Below, one piece after another: positions 1 to 8,740 of a stretch of DNA of 64,000 nucleotides. Both the position numbers and the translations under genes were made by a program. This stretch comes from Nitrospirota bacterium (GTDB lineage: Bacteria > Nitrospirota > UBA9217), in the NCBI GenBank assembly GCA_963840455.1, contig CAWIYV010000011.1:832001-896000 (forward strand), written 5' to 3'. The notes beneath the pieces were generated by a model. That model had not been told where the DNA came from. It worked only from the letters and a program-made list of their open reading frames with translations, and did not search any database. Each line of letters begins with the position of its first letter. The first letter of the stretch is position 1.

Positions 1-11
1 ATTATGCCGCT

Positions 12-575
12 ATGAAAAAGTATAGAGATTATATGATCGAACGTGCCAGGGATCTCAAGAATATGGACAGGGCCGAGCTCGCCAAAGAACTGGGAGAGTT
101 CGCCTACCATACGAAGAAGGTGTTGTTCAGCCAGATCCCGGGCGTCAGCGCCATTGCGGGGCTCGTCGCGGGATCGTGGGTGGCAGGGACCTTCACGAGC
201 TCTCCGGTCAAAGGATTCCTGTCCTCCCACGGGTTCATGAAGGGCGGAACCCACGTGGTCAGCGAGACGACCTACAAGTTCCTTTCCGTGCTGCTGCCCG
301 TCCTTGCCATCGCCGTTACGGCATACGTGGTCCAAAAGGCAATGAAGGCATATCGCGAGAAGCAGCTGCAAAGAAATATGGCCTGCGTACCGTCGCTGAA
401 GGAGGAGGTCCAGGCCGAGCTGCGGGCCAAGATGGACATTCTCGATAAGGCCAAAGGGTCGGGTCTTCTCTCAGAAAGCGAACATAGAACGAAAATGGCC
501 ACGCTGTATCAATCGTATTTCAGGAGCGACCGCTCCAGGATCGAGGAGATCATCATCGAGAAGATCGAAGGCTGA
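12..575 (+). CDS. Hypothetical membrane protein with a possible C-terminal SHOCT-like helical region
   Basis: 187-aa ORF with two hydrophobic segments and a C-terminal LDKAKGSGLLSESEHRTK stretch. Confidence 0.6.
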   Translation: MKKYRDYMIERARDLKNMDRAELAKELGEFAYHTKKVLFSQIPGVSAIAGLVAGSWVAGTFTSSPVKGFLSSHGFMKGGTHVVSETTYKFLSVLLPVLAIAVTAYVVQKAMKAYREKQLQRNMACVPSLKEEVQAELRAKMDILDKAKGSGLLSESEHRTKMATLYQSYFRSDRSRIEEIIIEKIEG

Positions 576-612
576 CCGCTGGTGAAACGGGCGGGGAATT
601 GTTCATGGCTCA

Positions 613-662
613 TTGAAGCTCCCTGCAGCAAGCTACGGGGAATGAGCTCGCTCCTGGATTCA
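613..662 (+). repeat. Repeat family A (REP/REPIN-like), short copy
   Basis: TTGAAGCTCCCTGCAGCAAGCTACGGGGAAT..CTCGCTCCTGGATTCA; related copies at about 3866, 33033, 39487, 41266 and 46105. Confidence 0.85.
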
Positions 663-903
663 TGAAGTGACCCGATACTGCCTTTACCCCGTACGTGTCC
701 TTTAACAGCTATTTCCTCCTATCCTTCGAGCAATATCTGCTTGCCCCGAACAGCCGCTACAGTCCTCCCTTGCCGATCGAGGATTTCTTCGCGTGCACGC
801 TGAGGAATGAGCAGGGAAAGAACGTGGGGCGTTCTAAAAGACACGGCCCCAAGATGTTTTGGCGACTCGCATTTCATCTTTTCAGGCCTGACCCCGGACT
901 GCA

Positions 904-1818
904 TTAGAGCTCGACGATTCTCGTGCTGATCTCTATCGCCGCCTCGGCGCCCTGGCCTGCGGAGATGATCGCCTGGGAGTGGCCCGTGCGGAGAGCTCCC
1001 AGGACAAAGAGGCCGGGGATGCTCGACTCGCCGTTGCCCTTCGTCATGATCTTGAACCCCTCGGCGTCGCGCTCCAGGTCCAGGCCCTCGAGATACTCGT
1101 CGTTCAGCGAGATCCCGCCCCACCCCAGGATCACCTCGCAGGGGATGACGCTGCCGTCGCTCATCCGCACCCCCTCGAGGGTCGTCTCGCCGAGAAGTTC
1201 CTCCGGCCGGCCCTCGACCAGGCCGATCCCCTCCTCCTCGAGCAGCGCCCGGTACACCGGCGCCAGCGTGAATCCATGGGCGAGAAAGGTCACGTCCTTG
1301 GTGTACATCTGCTTCATGCCGACGCTCAGGCGCACGCCGTTCACCGTGCGGTCGATGACGAGCAGCTTCTTGCCCGTGGTGCGGTAGCCGTCGCAGATCA
1401 TGCAGGTGTAGTAGGAGTGGCCGAAGAAGCGATGGAGGTTCTTAAAGGGCGCGAGGGTCTCCCTGGCCCCGGAGGCGGCGATGACGAAGCGCGAGCGATA
1501 GGTCTTGCCCCCGGCCAGCACCTCGAAGTTGCCGTCCCGTGGCGTGACGCGGTCCACCTTGGCGTTCTCGATGGTGACGCCGAAGCTCTTCACCTGGCTG
1601 AGGCCGGTCTCCAGGAGCTCCGGGCCGGAGACAAGACGAAGGCCGAGGTAGTTCTCGAGGTGCTTCGCGTAGCTTGTCCGCCCGCCAGGGGTGTGGAACA
1701 GCATGACGCGAAAATTGTAGCGGCCCAGGTGGATGCAGGCCTGCAGGCCTCCCGGCCCTGCGCCGATGACGATGCAGTCGAGAGGTGTTTCCCTGCCTGT
1801 GGTGTCCGCTTGTCCCAT
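904..1818 (-). CDS. Thioredoxin reductase-like NAD(P)/FAD-dependent oxidoreductase
   Basis: GAGPGG FAD motif, CMICDG redox CxxC and C-terminal GLFVLG. Confidence 0.85.
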   Translation of the reverse strand: MGQADTTGRETPLDCIVIGAGPGGLQACIHLGRYNFRVMLFHTPGGRTSYAKHLENYLGLRLVSGPELLETGLSQVKSFGVTIENAKVDRVTPRDGNFEVLAGGKTYRSRFVIAASGARETLAPFKNLHRFFGHSYYTCMICDGYRTTGKKLLVIDRTVNGVRLSVGMKQMYTKDVTFLAHGFTLAPVYRALLEEEGIGLVEGRPEELLGETTLEGVRMSDGSVIPCEVILGWGGISLNDEYLEGLDLERDAEGFKIMTKGNGESSIPGLFVLGALRTGHSQAIISAGQGAEAAIEISTRIVEL

Positions 1819-1920
1819 CGCCGCTCCCCCTGCACCCCGGGGAACAGCACCCGGGGCGTTCGATTAAAATGTTCTCATCGTCCGATTCCGCCCGGCCCTG
1901 TCAAGCCGCACGAACTGACC

Positions 1921-2943
1921 CTATGGGTTTGCCTTCTCCATCCTATCGGAGTACCTGCCGTACCGCGCGGCACCGTTGCACTTCGCCCGGTGATGGAACA
2001 GCATCTGTGCCGGGACGACATTTATTGGCGATCCTTTCCAGGCCTTGAGGCTGGGTTCCTGCAGCGCCCGCCCATAGGAGAAGCTGATCTCCCAGGGCTG
2101 CGCGCCGAGTGCGTTCATTGCATTGAGATGTTCCGTGGCCAGCTCGGGGCTCTGACCGCCGGAAAGGAAGACCATGCCCGGAACAGCTGCGGGCACCGCG
2201 CGCCGGAGCGTCCTGAGGGTCGCCTCCGCCACCTGGCCGACGCCGGCCTGCTTCAACGCCTTTTTGCCCGCAAGGACCATGTTGGGCTTCAGCAGCATGC
2301 CTTCGAGGGCCACGTTGTACTCCCGGAGCTCATGAAATACGTTGACGAGCGTCGCCAGCGTCGCTTCTTCACAGCGTTCGATGTCATGGTCGCCGTCCAT
2401 CAATACTTCGGGTTCCACGATAGGGACCAGCGCCGCTTCCTGCGAAAGGGCGGCATAGTGCGCGAGGGCATGGGCGTTGGCATTGATATTGGAACGGCTG
2501 GGCATGCCGGGCCCGATCGTTATGACCGCCCGCCACTTGGCGAACCGGGCCCCCAGGTCGCGGTATTCCTTCAGGCGCTCGCGCAGTCCGTCAAGGCCGG
2601 CGGTGATCTTCTCGTCGGGGAAGCCGGGCATGGCAATGGTCCCCTTGTCCACCTTGATGCCGGGAATGATGCCCCTGCTTTTGAGAACATCCACGAACGA
2701 TCTTCCGTCCGCCGCTTTCTGGCGGATGGTCTCGTCGAACAGGATGACACCGCTGATGAACTCCTCGATGCCCGGCGTGGTGAACAGCGTCTCACGGTAT
2801 GCGCGCCGGTTCTCTTCCGTGGATTCGATGTTCAGCGCGGCAAAACGTTTTTGGATCGTCGGCTGGCTCTCGTCGGCCGCCAGGATCCCCTTGCCCTTCG
2901 CTACCAAAGACCGTGCAGTGGTTTCCAGCTCCTTGGATATCAT
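1921..2943 (-). CDS. Fructose-bisphosphate aldolase class I
   Basis: KGILAADES, KWRAV, IVEPEV, LLKPNMV, FLSGGQ and FSYGRALQ motifs; ATG at 2943 after a GGAGG RBS. Confidence 0.95.
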   Translation of the reverse strand: MISKELETTARSLVAKGKGILAADESQPTIQKRFAALNIESTEENRRAYRETLFTTPGIEEFISGVILFDETIRQKAADGRSFVDVLKSRGIIPGIKVDKGTIAMPGFPDEKITAGLDGLRERLKEYRDLGARFAKWRAVITIGPGMPSRSNINANAHALAHYAALSQEAALVPIVEPEVLMDGDHDIERCEEATLATLVNVFHELREYNVALEGMLLKPNMVLAGKKALKQAGVGQVAEATLRTLRRAVPAAVPGMVFLSGGQSPELATEHLNAMNALGAQPWEISFSYGRALQEPSLKAWKGSPINVVPAQMLFHHRAKCNGAARYGRYSDRMEKANP

Positions 2944-3169
2944 CGTACACACCTCCCGCCAGGATATTGAGACTTTTATTTTTTGGATACTTCCGTATTG
3001 AGTGGACGAAATGACAGCTCTTGTCAGGGAGAACAAGCAGTATGCACAAAAGGCTCATTTATCTCAATCTTTAAGTCTGACCCCAGTTGTCCTCCTTTCT
3101 TCGGGCAAGCAAGAAAGCTGCAGATTGAGACGTATCTGGATCTCTTTTTCTGCACATCCGCTTCGCGTC

Positions 3170-3975
3170 CTTGAATTAAGATACTTGACCCGTCTACGGC
3201 CACGTCCGCTCGCCCGCGCAAATTCTCGGCTCTCCGGCCTCAGACATGCGCGGCGCCCCTTCGGGACGCTTGCCTTTGGCCAAGACGTGGCCCTAAAGTC
3301 TTTACTAGGGCCGCTCCGTGGACGTGCGGTGATTTGGGGTAGGGCAAGGACTTGAGAAGTCCCCATGCGAACATTCCCGGCAGGCGACCGAGTCCGAGGG
3401 TTAAACAATTTAGACTGTCTGAGCCGCAGACGAGTTTCTAAAATGTACTGAGGACGACCGAGCATGCTGCGAGATCAGAAGGTTCGCCAGATGCCTCTGC
3501 TTTTTGTTACCTTTCTTCGGGCACGCAAGAAAGTGACCCAAAGAAGGGCACCCGACGAAAATTCTTCACGGCACGCTCGGTGTCCTCAGTACATTTCGGA
3601 AACTCGCCCTGCGGGCTCAGACATCCGAAATGCTTCACCCTCGGACTTGGTCGCCTGCCTGGAATTTTCGAATGGGAATGCCTCAGCGGCAACGGCCACT
3701 GTCGCTGCTTCTGCCTTACCCAAGCGCCGGGTAGCCCGGCTGCGAAGTCTGTGCGTATGCATGGGCAGACATCCTCAACCCACTTGCAACGGGGGAAGCC
3801 TTTTATTTTTTAGTGTAGCACAACACCGGCTTCATGCCGGGCATGCACCGCGCGGTTTCTGTTGTCGCTCCCTGCAGCATGCTGGAGGGAGGCTCCGAGT
3901 CCTCAAGGAAGATATTGTTCTAATCGCTCGCTGACCCCGCCAAAAGGCTGCGGGTGGCATTCGCTCCTGGATTCA
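3170..3975. repeat. Intergenic mosaic of REP/MITE-like repeat families (D 3170-3345, B 3360-3765, A 3866-3975)
   Basis: The same blocks recur at 36635-38015 and 50060-50655, in both orientations. Confidence 0.8.
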
Positions 3976-4042
3976 CCGGGATGCAGGCGCTTTTTGGAAA
4001 GGCAAAGCAACAGAGCAGTCTCATTCGGTTCCTGAGAGCGTG

Positions 4043-4432
4043 TTACCTCTTCCCCGGCGTGGAATGTCTTCGGAACCATGCGGCCGCATCCTGAACATCC
4101 CTCTTCTTGAGGGCCATATCCAGGGTAAAGGTCTCAAGTTCCTTCTGCGACGCATTAAGCTCATATCCGTTCAGCATCAGAAAGAGCCCTGCAGCGGAGA
4201 TAGCGGTACGCTTGTTCCCGTCGAGGAAAGGATGGTTGCCGATGAGCGACCCCAGGAGCGCCGCCGCCTTGTGGAACAGATCGCGATACAGGTCCTTTCC
4301 TTCAAAGGTTGCCCGCGGCCGCTCAACGGCCGATCTCAGCAGCCCGACGTCTCGTACGCCGTGCATGCCCCCGGTCTCGGTGACGAGCCGCGCATGGATA
4401 AAGAGCACCTGTTCCGCCGTCAGGTACCTCAC
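4043..4432 (-). CDS. doc: Doc/Fic family toxin
   Basis: Fic motif HPFLDGNKRTA, 129 aa, overlaps the upstream antitoxin. Confidence 0.92.
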   Translation of the reverse strand: MRYLTAEQVLFIHARLVTETGGMHGVRDVGLLRSAVERPRATFEGKDLYRDLFHKAAALLGSLIGNHPFLDGNKRTAISAAGLFLMLNGYELNASQKELETFTLDMALKKRDVQDAAAWFRRHSTPGKR

Positions 4433-4677
4433 TTCTTCGCGAGCTCCTTCAGCGCGGGGCGGTACTTCTCAATGAACTCGTTCACTTGACCGGCGAACGC
4501 CTTGTCGATCCCCGGCACCTTCCGCTTCTTTCTGACCGGAGCGATCACGATCCTTTCCTGTTCTTCATCCAGCTCGACATTCACGTCCGAGCCGGCGGTA
4601 AGATCGAGCTTGTTCAGGATCTCGACCGGGATCGACACACCTTTGCTGTTCCCTATGGCAACGACCTTTCTGTGCAT
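4429..4677 (-). CDS. AbrB/MazE-family antitoxin
   Basis: RKVVAIGNSKGVSIP AbrB signature; ATG at 4677 after a GGAGG RBS. Confidence 0.88.
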   Translation of the reverse strand: MHRKVVAIGNSKGVSIPVEILNKLDLTAGSDVNVELDEEQERIVIAPVRKKRKVPGIDKAFAGQVNEFIEKYRPALKELAKK

Positions 4678-4919
4678 TGTCGCCTCCTTCAGTGTTATAA
4701 CGACATTATAACATTGCCCGGAGCGGTGTAAAGGGGATATTGCGTGCTGGAGATCAGGACCTTGATCAGCGGTGATCATCAACAACTACGGAATCTGGCC
4801 TGACCCGAAGATGTTAGTACAACGTCCCCTACGGTTCTTTCCCCTCCTTTTCGGTGCCTTACGGGACCTCCGTCCCCGCTTGCAGGCTGGCCGGCTCGCA
4901 GGCTGATATGCTTGTTGCA

Positions 4920-4947
4920 TTGACAGGCCCTGAAAACAGGTTATAAT
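4920..4947 (+). promoter_or_regulatory. Sigma70-type promoter
   Basis: TTGACA-N16-TATAAT with both hexamers at perfect consensus. Confidence 0.75.
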
Positions 4948-5050
4948 TAGGATAGAAGCTATCCTGAATATTCCCGGAAGGTTGGCGTACCGCGCAGGTT
5001 GCTGCCGCGCTCCGGCGTCAGGAATGGTTCAGGAAAACGGAGGAATGACT

Positions 5051-5215
5051 ATGGCTACCACAGTGAAAAAGGCCCGCCCGGCCGATAAGGGCAGGAAAAA
5101 GGCAGTCGCTCCGGCAAAAGACCGGATCAAACCAAAGATCAAAGAGGAAGTGTGCTACAGCACTGACACGGCATACGCCGAGAGACAGTGCTGTTGCGAG
5201 GATCTCTGCTGCTGA
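5051..5215 (+). CDS. Small protein (54 aa), Lys-rich N-terminus and Cys-rich C-terminus
   Basis: GGAGGA RBS, upstream promoter and downstream terminator; ends CYSTDTAYAERQCCCEDLCC. Confidence 0.7.
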   Translation: MATTVKKARPADKGRKKAVAPAKDRIKPKIKEEVCYSTDTAYAERQCCCEDLCC

Positions 5216-5238
5216 CCAACGCACAAAAGGCAGATCGC

Positions 5239-5295
5239 ATCCCCCTTCTGTTTCTGCTGTTTTGTTTCTAGAGCAGGAACAGAAGGGGGATTTTT
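5239..5295 (+). terminator. Rho-independent terminator
   Basis: ATCCCCCTTCTGTTTCTGCT / AGCAGGAACAGAAGGGGGAT stem followed by a T-run. Confidence 0.8.
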
Positions 5296-5720
5296 ATTAT
5301 GGCGAGTATCTCACGATGGTAAATTCCCTGACGATTGCTGCACAGAGCGTAACCTGCCCTTTTCATGTCAAAAAACGGTATTCTCAGGCCTGTGGCTGGG
5401 CGCTTTTTATGATCATACGCTAAGTATTTCATTTAGTTGTCTTGGTCCGACCCTGATATTCGCATCCTAATTTCAAAGTCAGACTCCAGAGGTTCCTGCT
5501 TTTATGGATGGCTTTCGAGCGCCGCAAATGCAGGGTCAAGAGTGAAGTCGGGAGAGCCGCAATCTCACATGACAACCTTATTCTTAGGTGACCAGTATAT
5601 GACCCTGCAACAAAAGAGACCTGTATAACCATATAAAGGGCACCTCCAGAGCATACCAGAACGTTTAAGCTCTGATATGCTCTTGGGAGAAGAGACCAAT
5701 CTCATCCCAGGAGGTGCTGT

Positions 5721-6278
5721 ATGCGATTGTACACAGGAATTGATCTGCATTCAAGCAACAGTTATCTGGCGATCATCGATGAAACTGGTAAACGGGTGTT
5801 CAAGAGGAAGCTCCCCAATGATTCGGAACAAATTCTTTCCGCCCTCGCACCCTACATTGATGCAATTACCGGCATCGTCATCGAGTCCACGTACAACTGG
5901 TACTGGTTGGTGGATGCACTCATGGCGGAAGGATACAAGGTTCATCTCGCCAACCCTACGGAGATTAAACAATATAAGGGACTCAAGTATTCAGACGATC
6001 AGCATGATGCCTTCTGGCTGGCCGAGATGCTGCGGCTCGGAATCCTGCCCGAAGGCTACATTTACCCGAAAGAAGATAGACCGATCCGCGACTTGTTACG
6101 CAAACAAGAAGAGCGGCAACAAGTACCTGGCGTGGGCCGGGCATTTTACCAGCGAAAGATGCAAAAGACCAACGCAATGATAGCGCATCAAGCCCTGTCA
6201 CACAAACTGGCACGAGCAGCGTATTACATCATGAGAGATGGAGTGTCCTTTATGCCGGAGAAGCTCTTTACGCAATGA
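5721..6278 (+). pseudogene. IS110 transposase with two internal deletions
   Basis: N-terminal GIDLH/IEST DEDD domain intact; 155 aa shorter than 28192-29214. Confidence 0.88.
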
Positions 6279-6660
6279 AAGTTCACAAGCTGGCTGGGAC
6301 GGTGAACCTGCCTTAGGGTTGGTAAAACCACGAGACCTGATTGGTAATCCGTCCCACCCTTTTATAGCGTTATCAGCATCTTTACTGCCCATACCGCGAG
6401 CCATCTTGGGGCTGGTTAACAACCATAAGACTTGTACGAACTCCTGGACACGGCATGGAACCGAAGATTTTCTGGTCCGCCAAAAGGCGGAAAGGGTCAT
6501 GGATAAAAGAGCTCCACCAATGACCTTAATCCCGATGGGTGACTGGTGCAGTGAAGACTGACGCCGAAACCGAATGAAACTGCGGCAATGGTGAAGATGA
6601 AGATAACGACAAGGCTAGGCGAGAAACGTTTCGTTTCTCGCCACAAGATAGCTGTTTTCG
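6279..6660 (+). ncRNA. Candidate bridge/seekRNA in the IS 3' non-coding region
   Basis: Stem GGGACGG/CCGTCCC encloses TAGGGT and GAGACCTG, which match the two halves of the target; ATGGGTG at 6535 matches the IS right end. Boundaries approximate. Confidence 0.6.
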
Positions 6661-6829
6661 CTTGACGGTGCCCTTTAAATGGGTGACCCTAGGAGGTTCC
6701 AGACAGCTATAAGATCGTACCGGAACGGCGCAAAAAAAAAGACCTGCGTGAGCAGATCGTTCAAAGAGTGAAACTATGGCACAGGATGCAGAGAAGAACA
6801 GGATCGGGTCGAACAGCAGAGAGCTGGTC

Positions 6830-7111
6830 CTACAGCGTCGCCGCCTGCTCTAACGCCTCCTTCGTGCTTCTCTTCTTGATCACCGGTTTCTTTATGTTGC
6901 CGGCAATCTCCGTCAAACTTGCAATAGTCGTTTCCCGTTTGGCAACAATGTCAGCCTGATCGGTCGTCGACATCTGCCTCAATTCCTGGATCAGCCCGCG
7001 TGCCTGTTCCAACTGCTCCATGGATTCAGCGATCGACTTATTTTTGATCGACACTTTTGTCCCATCGATCAAAGCATCTATGGCAGCCCTTACCCGTGTG
7101 AATTCCTGCAT
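6830..7111 (-). CDS. Hypothetical helical protein
   Basis: 93-aa ORF with AAGGAG upstream. Confidence 0.55.
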   Translation of the reverse strand: MQEFTRVRAAIDALIDGTKVSIKNKSIAESMEQLEQARGLIQELRQMSTTDQADIVAKRETTIASLTEIAGNIKKPVIKKRSTKEALEQAATL

Positions 7112-7212
7112 AGTGATACCCAGTCTCCTTTGTGAAATGTGATGCGTCATTGTACGTCTTCTTGAGGGCAATAGCTCGTTAAAAGAGCAGGCCGAACGAG
7201 GGAAATCCGAGG

Positions 7213-7340
7213 ATGGTCCCGGGAAACCGGGAAGCAGGCAGCGGGGGAAAATGGAGGAGTAAGCCGTGTCGAGGGCAGCACATTTCGAGAACTGAAGCCT
7301 GGCGCTGGACGGTCATGTCCAACCGTATGGACCTGACCTT
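7213..7340. repeat. Imperfect direct repeat, copy 1 (copy 2 at 8055-8200, partial copy at 9485-9555)
   Basis: CCCGGGAAACC..GGCAGCGGGGGAA..GTGTCGAGGGC..AAGCCTGGCG..TATGGACCTGACC shared between copies. Confidence 0.8.
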
Positions 7341-7483
7341 GCGATGTTCATCAGGAGATGCAAAATCAGAAATAGAGATAGAAACCATCCTTTTTTACTT
7401 GCACCGGGCGGCGAATTTCGCTATACTTGACACAATCAGGACAGCACGAGTCCTCAATAAGCCTGTCCAAGGAGGGATACCGC

Positions 7484-7993
7484 ATGACCACCGCCGCACC
7501 GTTGGAGTACCAGAACGACTTCTTCAGCATCAAGATCAGCCCGCTCAAGCACCGCTCCGGGGCCTACCATTACAGCATCGGCCTGAACCTTCCCAAGTTC
7601 AATCCCATCATCTGGGGAAGGACCGGCATCTGCTCCAACGCGGCGTTCAAGGGCCTGCAGCAGCTCCGCGCCGATGTATCGCACTACGCGCATCAAAAGG
7701 GGTGCTCGACCATGGACGCCGGCATTCCCTGCACGAACCTGTGCAGCCATGTGAATGGCTGGTACCAGGAGAGCGATCTCATCATTGAGAACGCGTCGCC
7801 TGAACTGGTCAGCGACATCCTCGCCTTCAGCGCCCGGACCCTGGTCCAGACCATCCTGACCGCGGCCCATCACGACGTCACGGTCGAGGACGGCCTCGCC
7901 CCCGCGGAGTCGCAGCGCCTGCTCGAGTCACTGGGCGTGCCAAATTACCAGGAGGCCGCTCCGCCGCCGATCGCCAAACCGCAGGCAGCCTGA
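7484..7993 (+). CDS. Hypothetical protein
   Basis: 169 aa, AAGGAGG RBS, host-like codon bias, terminator downstream. Confidence 0.7.
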   Translation: MTTAAPLEYQNDFFSIKISPLKHRSGAYHYSIGLNLPKFNPIIWGRTGICSNAAFKGLQQLRADVSHYAHQKGCSTMDAGIPCTNLCSHVNGWYQESDLIIENASPELVSDILAFSARTLVQTILTAAHHDVTVEDGLAPAESQRLLESLGVPNYQEAAPPPIAKPQAA

Positions 7994-8020
7994 TACAGAC
8001 ACGGACCGATGCAAAAAAGC

Positions 8021-8052
8021 AGGCCCGGGACCTTCCCGGGCCTTTGTTGTTT
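8021..8052 (+). terminator. Rho-independent terminator
   Basis: AGGCCCGGGA-CCT-TCCCGGGCCT with a T-rich tail. Confidence 0.75.
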
Positions 8053-8054
8053 CA

Positions 8055-8200
8055 TGGTGTTCCCGGGAAACCTGGGATCCGGCAGCGGGGGAAGATGGAG
8101 AGGCGGGCGTGTCGAGGGCGGCACATTACGATAACTCACGTACTCAAGCCTGGCGATGGACTGTCAAGTCAGACAGTATGGACCTGACCCCAAGGTGTTC
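8055..8200. repeat. Imperfect direct repeat, copy 2, ending in GACCTGACCCCAAGGTGTTC
   Basis: Aligns by eye with 7213-7340. Confidence 0.8.
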
Positions 8201-8281
8201 CGGGTCTTTCAAGAAAGGTCTTCTTGCGCTTCAGAAGAATTACCTCTACAATAGCCATGCAGATGATTTCGGAGGCTGATC

Positions 8282-8725
8282 ATGAAAGCAAAGACCCTTT
8301 CTCCATCAAAGAAAAAGGCCGGCTCTGGCGCAAAGAAGAAGACCCTATCTGCGTCAAAGAAGAAACCGGCAGCTGCTGCGGCAAAAACAAGGCCTGGCGC
8401 CGCCTCAAAGGGAAAGCCTGTCTCTCTCGCAAGGCAGAAACTTGAATTGCACAAGCAGGTCATGGAGTTTGTCACGTCAGCGTTCAAAGGCAAGCGAATG
8501 GCATATTTTGTAAGCGGCGCCGAACGCAAAGGGCGCGCTTATATCATGTGTTTTGCTGTCGAGGGTGAAGCCGGATTCTATAAAGCGGACTGGGGCTGGC
8601 ATTGCAGCCTTGCCAGGGCAAAGGCGGAAACCGCTCTGATGAACAAAAAACTCGGCTTGAACGAAGAGGAAGTGAACAGGATCATCATTTCTACCATGGG
8701 ACCGGTGATCCGTCAGAAGAAATAG
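8282..8725 (+). CDS. Hypothetical protein with a Lys/Ala-rich histone-like N-terminus
   Basis: GGAGG RBS; KKKAGSGAKKKTLSASKKKPAAAAAK. Confidence 0.7.
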   Translation: MKAKTLSPSKKKAGSGAKKKTLSASKKKPAAAAAKTRPGAASKGKPVSLARQKLELHKQVMEFVTSAFKGKRMAYFVSGAERKGRAYIMCFAVEGEAGFYKADWGWHCSLARAKAETALMNKKLGLNEEEVNRIIISTMGPVIRQKK

Positions 8726-8740
8726 CGGAGAGATAACAAC

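Larger units (their letters stand above)
5624..6685 (+). mobile_element. IS110-family (IS1111-type) element, internally deleted copy
   Basis: Matches the reverse complement of 27785-29311 apart from 465 bp of deletions; subterminal inverted repeats TAAAGGGCACC/GGTGCCCTTTA. Confidence 0.92.

Noticed and set aside
979-2970. 663-aa + strand ORF
   Set aside because: Antisense shadow of the oxidoreductase and aldolase genes in GC-rich DNA, with no recognisable motifs.
3002-3934. ORFs within repeat mosaics (also 36773-38047, 50038-50635, 52636-53357, 54590-55528)
   Set aside because: These are translations of repeat DNA; the same peptides recur wherever the repeat recurs.
5213-5260. Selenocysteine readthrough of the TGA ending the Cys-rich peptide
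   Set aside because: No SECIS-like hairpin directly after the TGA; the downstream stem reads as a terminator.
6198-6561. 100-107 aa ORFs in the IS 3' region (also 27909-28272)
   Set aside because: No RBS or motifs; the region is better explained as the structured non-coding end of the IS.
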